Below the pieces are notes generated by a model. The model was not told where the DNA came from. It ran no database searches and worked only from the letters and a program-made list of their open reading frames with translations. 64,000 bases of DNA from Blasia pusilla (Eukaryota). The first letter of the stretch is position 1. Each line of letters begins with the position of its first letter. Both the position numbers and the translations under genes were made by a program. This document shows, in pieces, positions 63,840 to 64,000 of this stretch. Location of the stretch: contig CM114271.1 in the NCBI GenBank assembly GCA_050084515.1, positions 38,874,001 through 38,938,000 on the forward strand. The letters run 5' to 3'.

Positions 63840-64000
63840 TAAGAACTGCATACTTTTCAATAGGTAAGGGGAGGAAAAGTAATGGGGAAGCTTTAGAAGG
63901 AATATACTCAAAATTGTTTAGTTTTCCATAGGAAAGTGAGTCGGAGGAGGAGTGTAGGCATAGGAACGAAATTTCAAAGGGTAGGACTTCCAAGGAAATT

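Overview
Repeat-rich eukaryotic nuclear DNA, most likely from a non-seed land plant such as a bryophyte (inferred from gene structure, plant-type proteins and TE content; the species cannot be determined here). It contains three apparently intact spliced host genes: a CYP71-clan cytochrome P450 (minus strand), MED31 (minus) and MED6 (plus). MED31 and MED6 are head-to-head, with a decayed inverted copy of the MED31 leader and first exon lying upstream of MED6. The rest is mostly mobile DNA: a ~180-bp tandem array next to a decayed intronless kinase plus coiled-coil/RING gene pair, two divergent hAT transposase elements (one with clear 16-bp TIRs and an 8-bp TSD), an orphan FAM91A1 exon, short Helitrons and a Copia remnant. 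The most striking feature is a ~9.6-kb Ty3/Gypsy retrotransposon whose pol carries a DNMT3-like C5 cytosine methyltransferase between protease and RT and a PHD finger after integrase. Its termini form split direct repeats (A1-ORFs-B1-A2-B2) rather than two ordinary LTRs, and decayed relatives occur elsewhere in the window. All calls were made by eye; boundaries of decayed elements are approximate.
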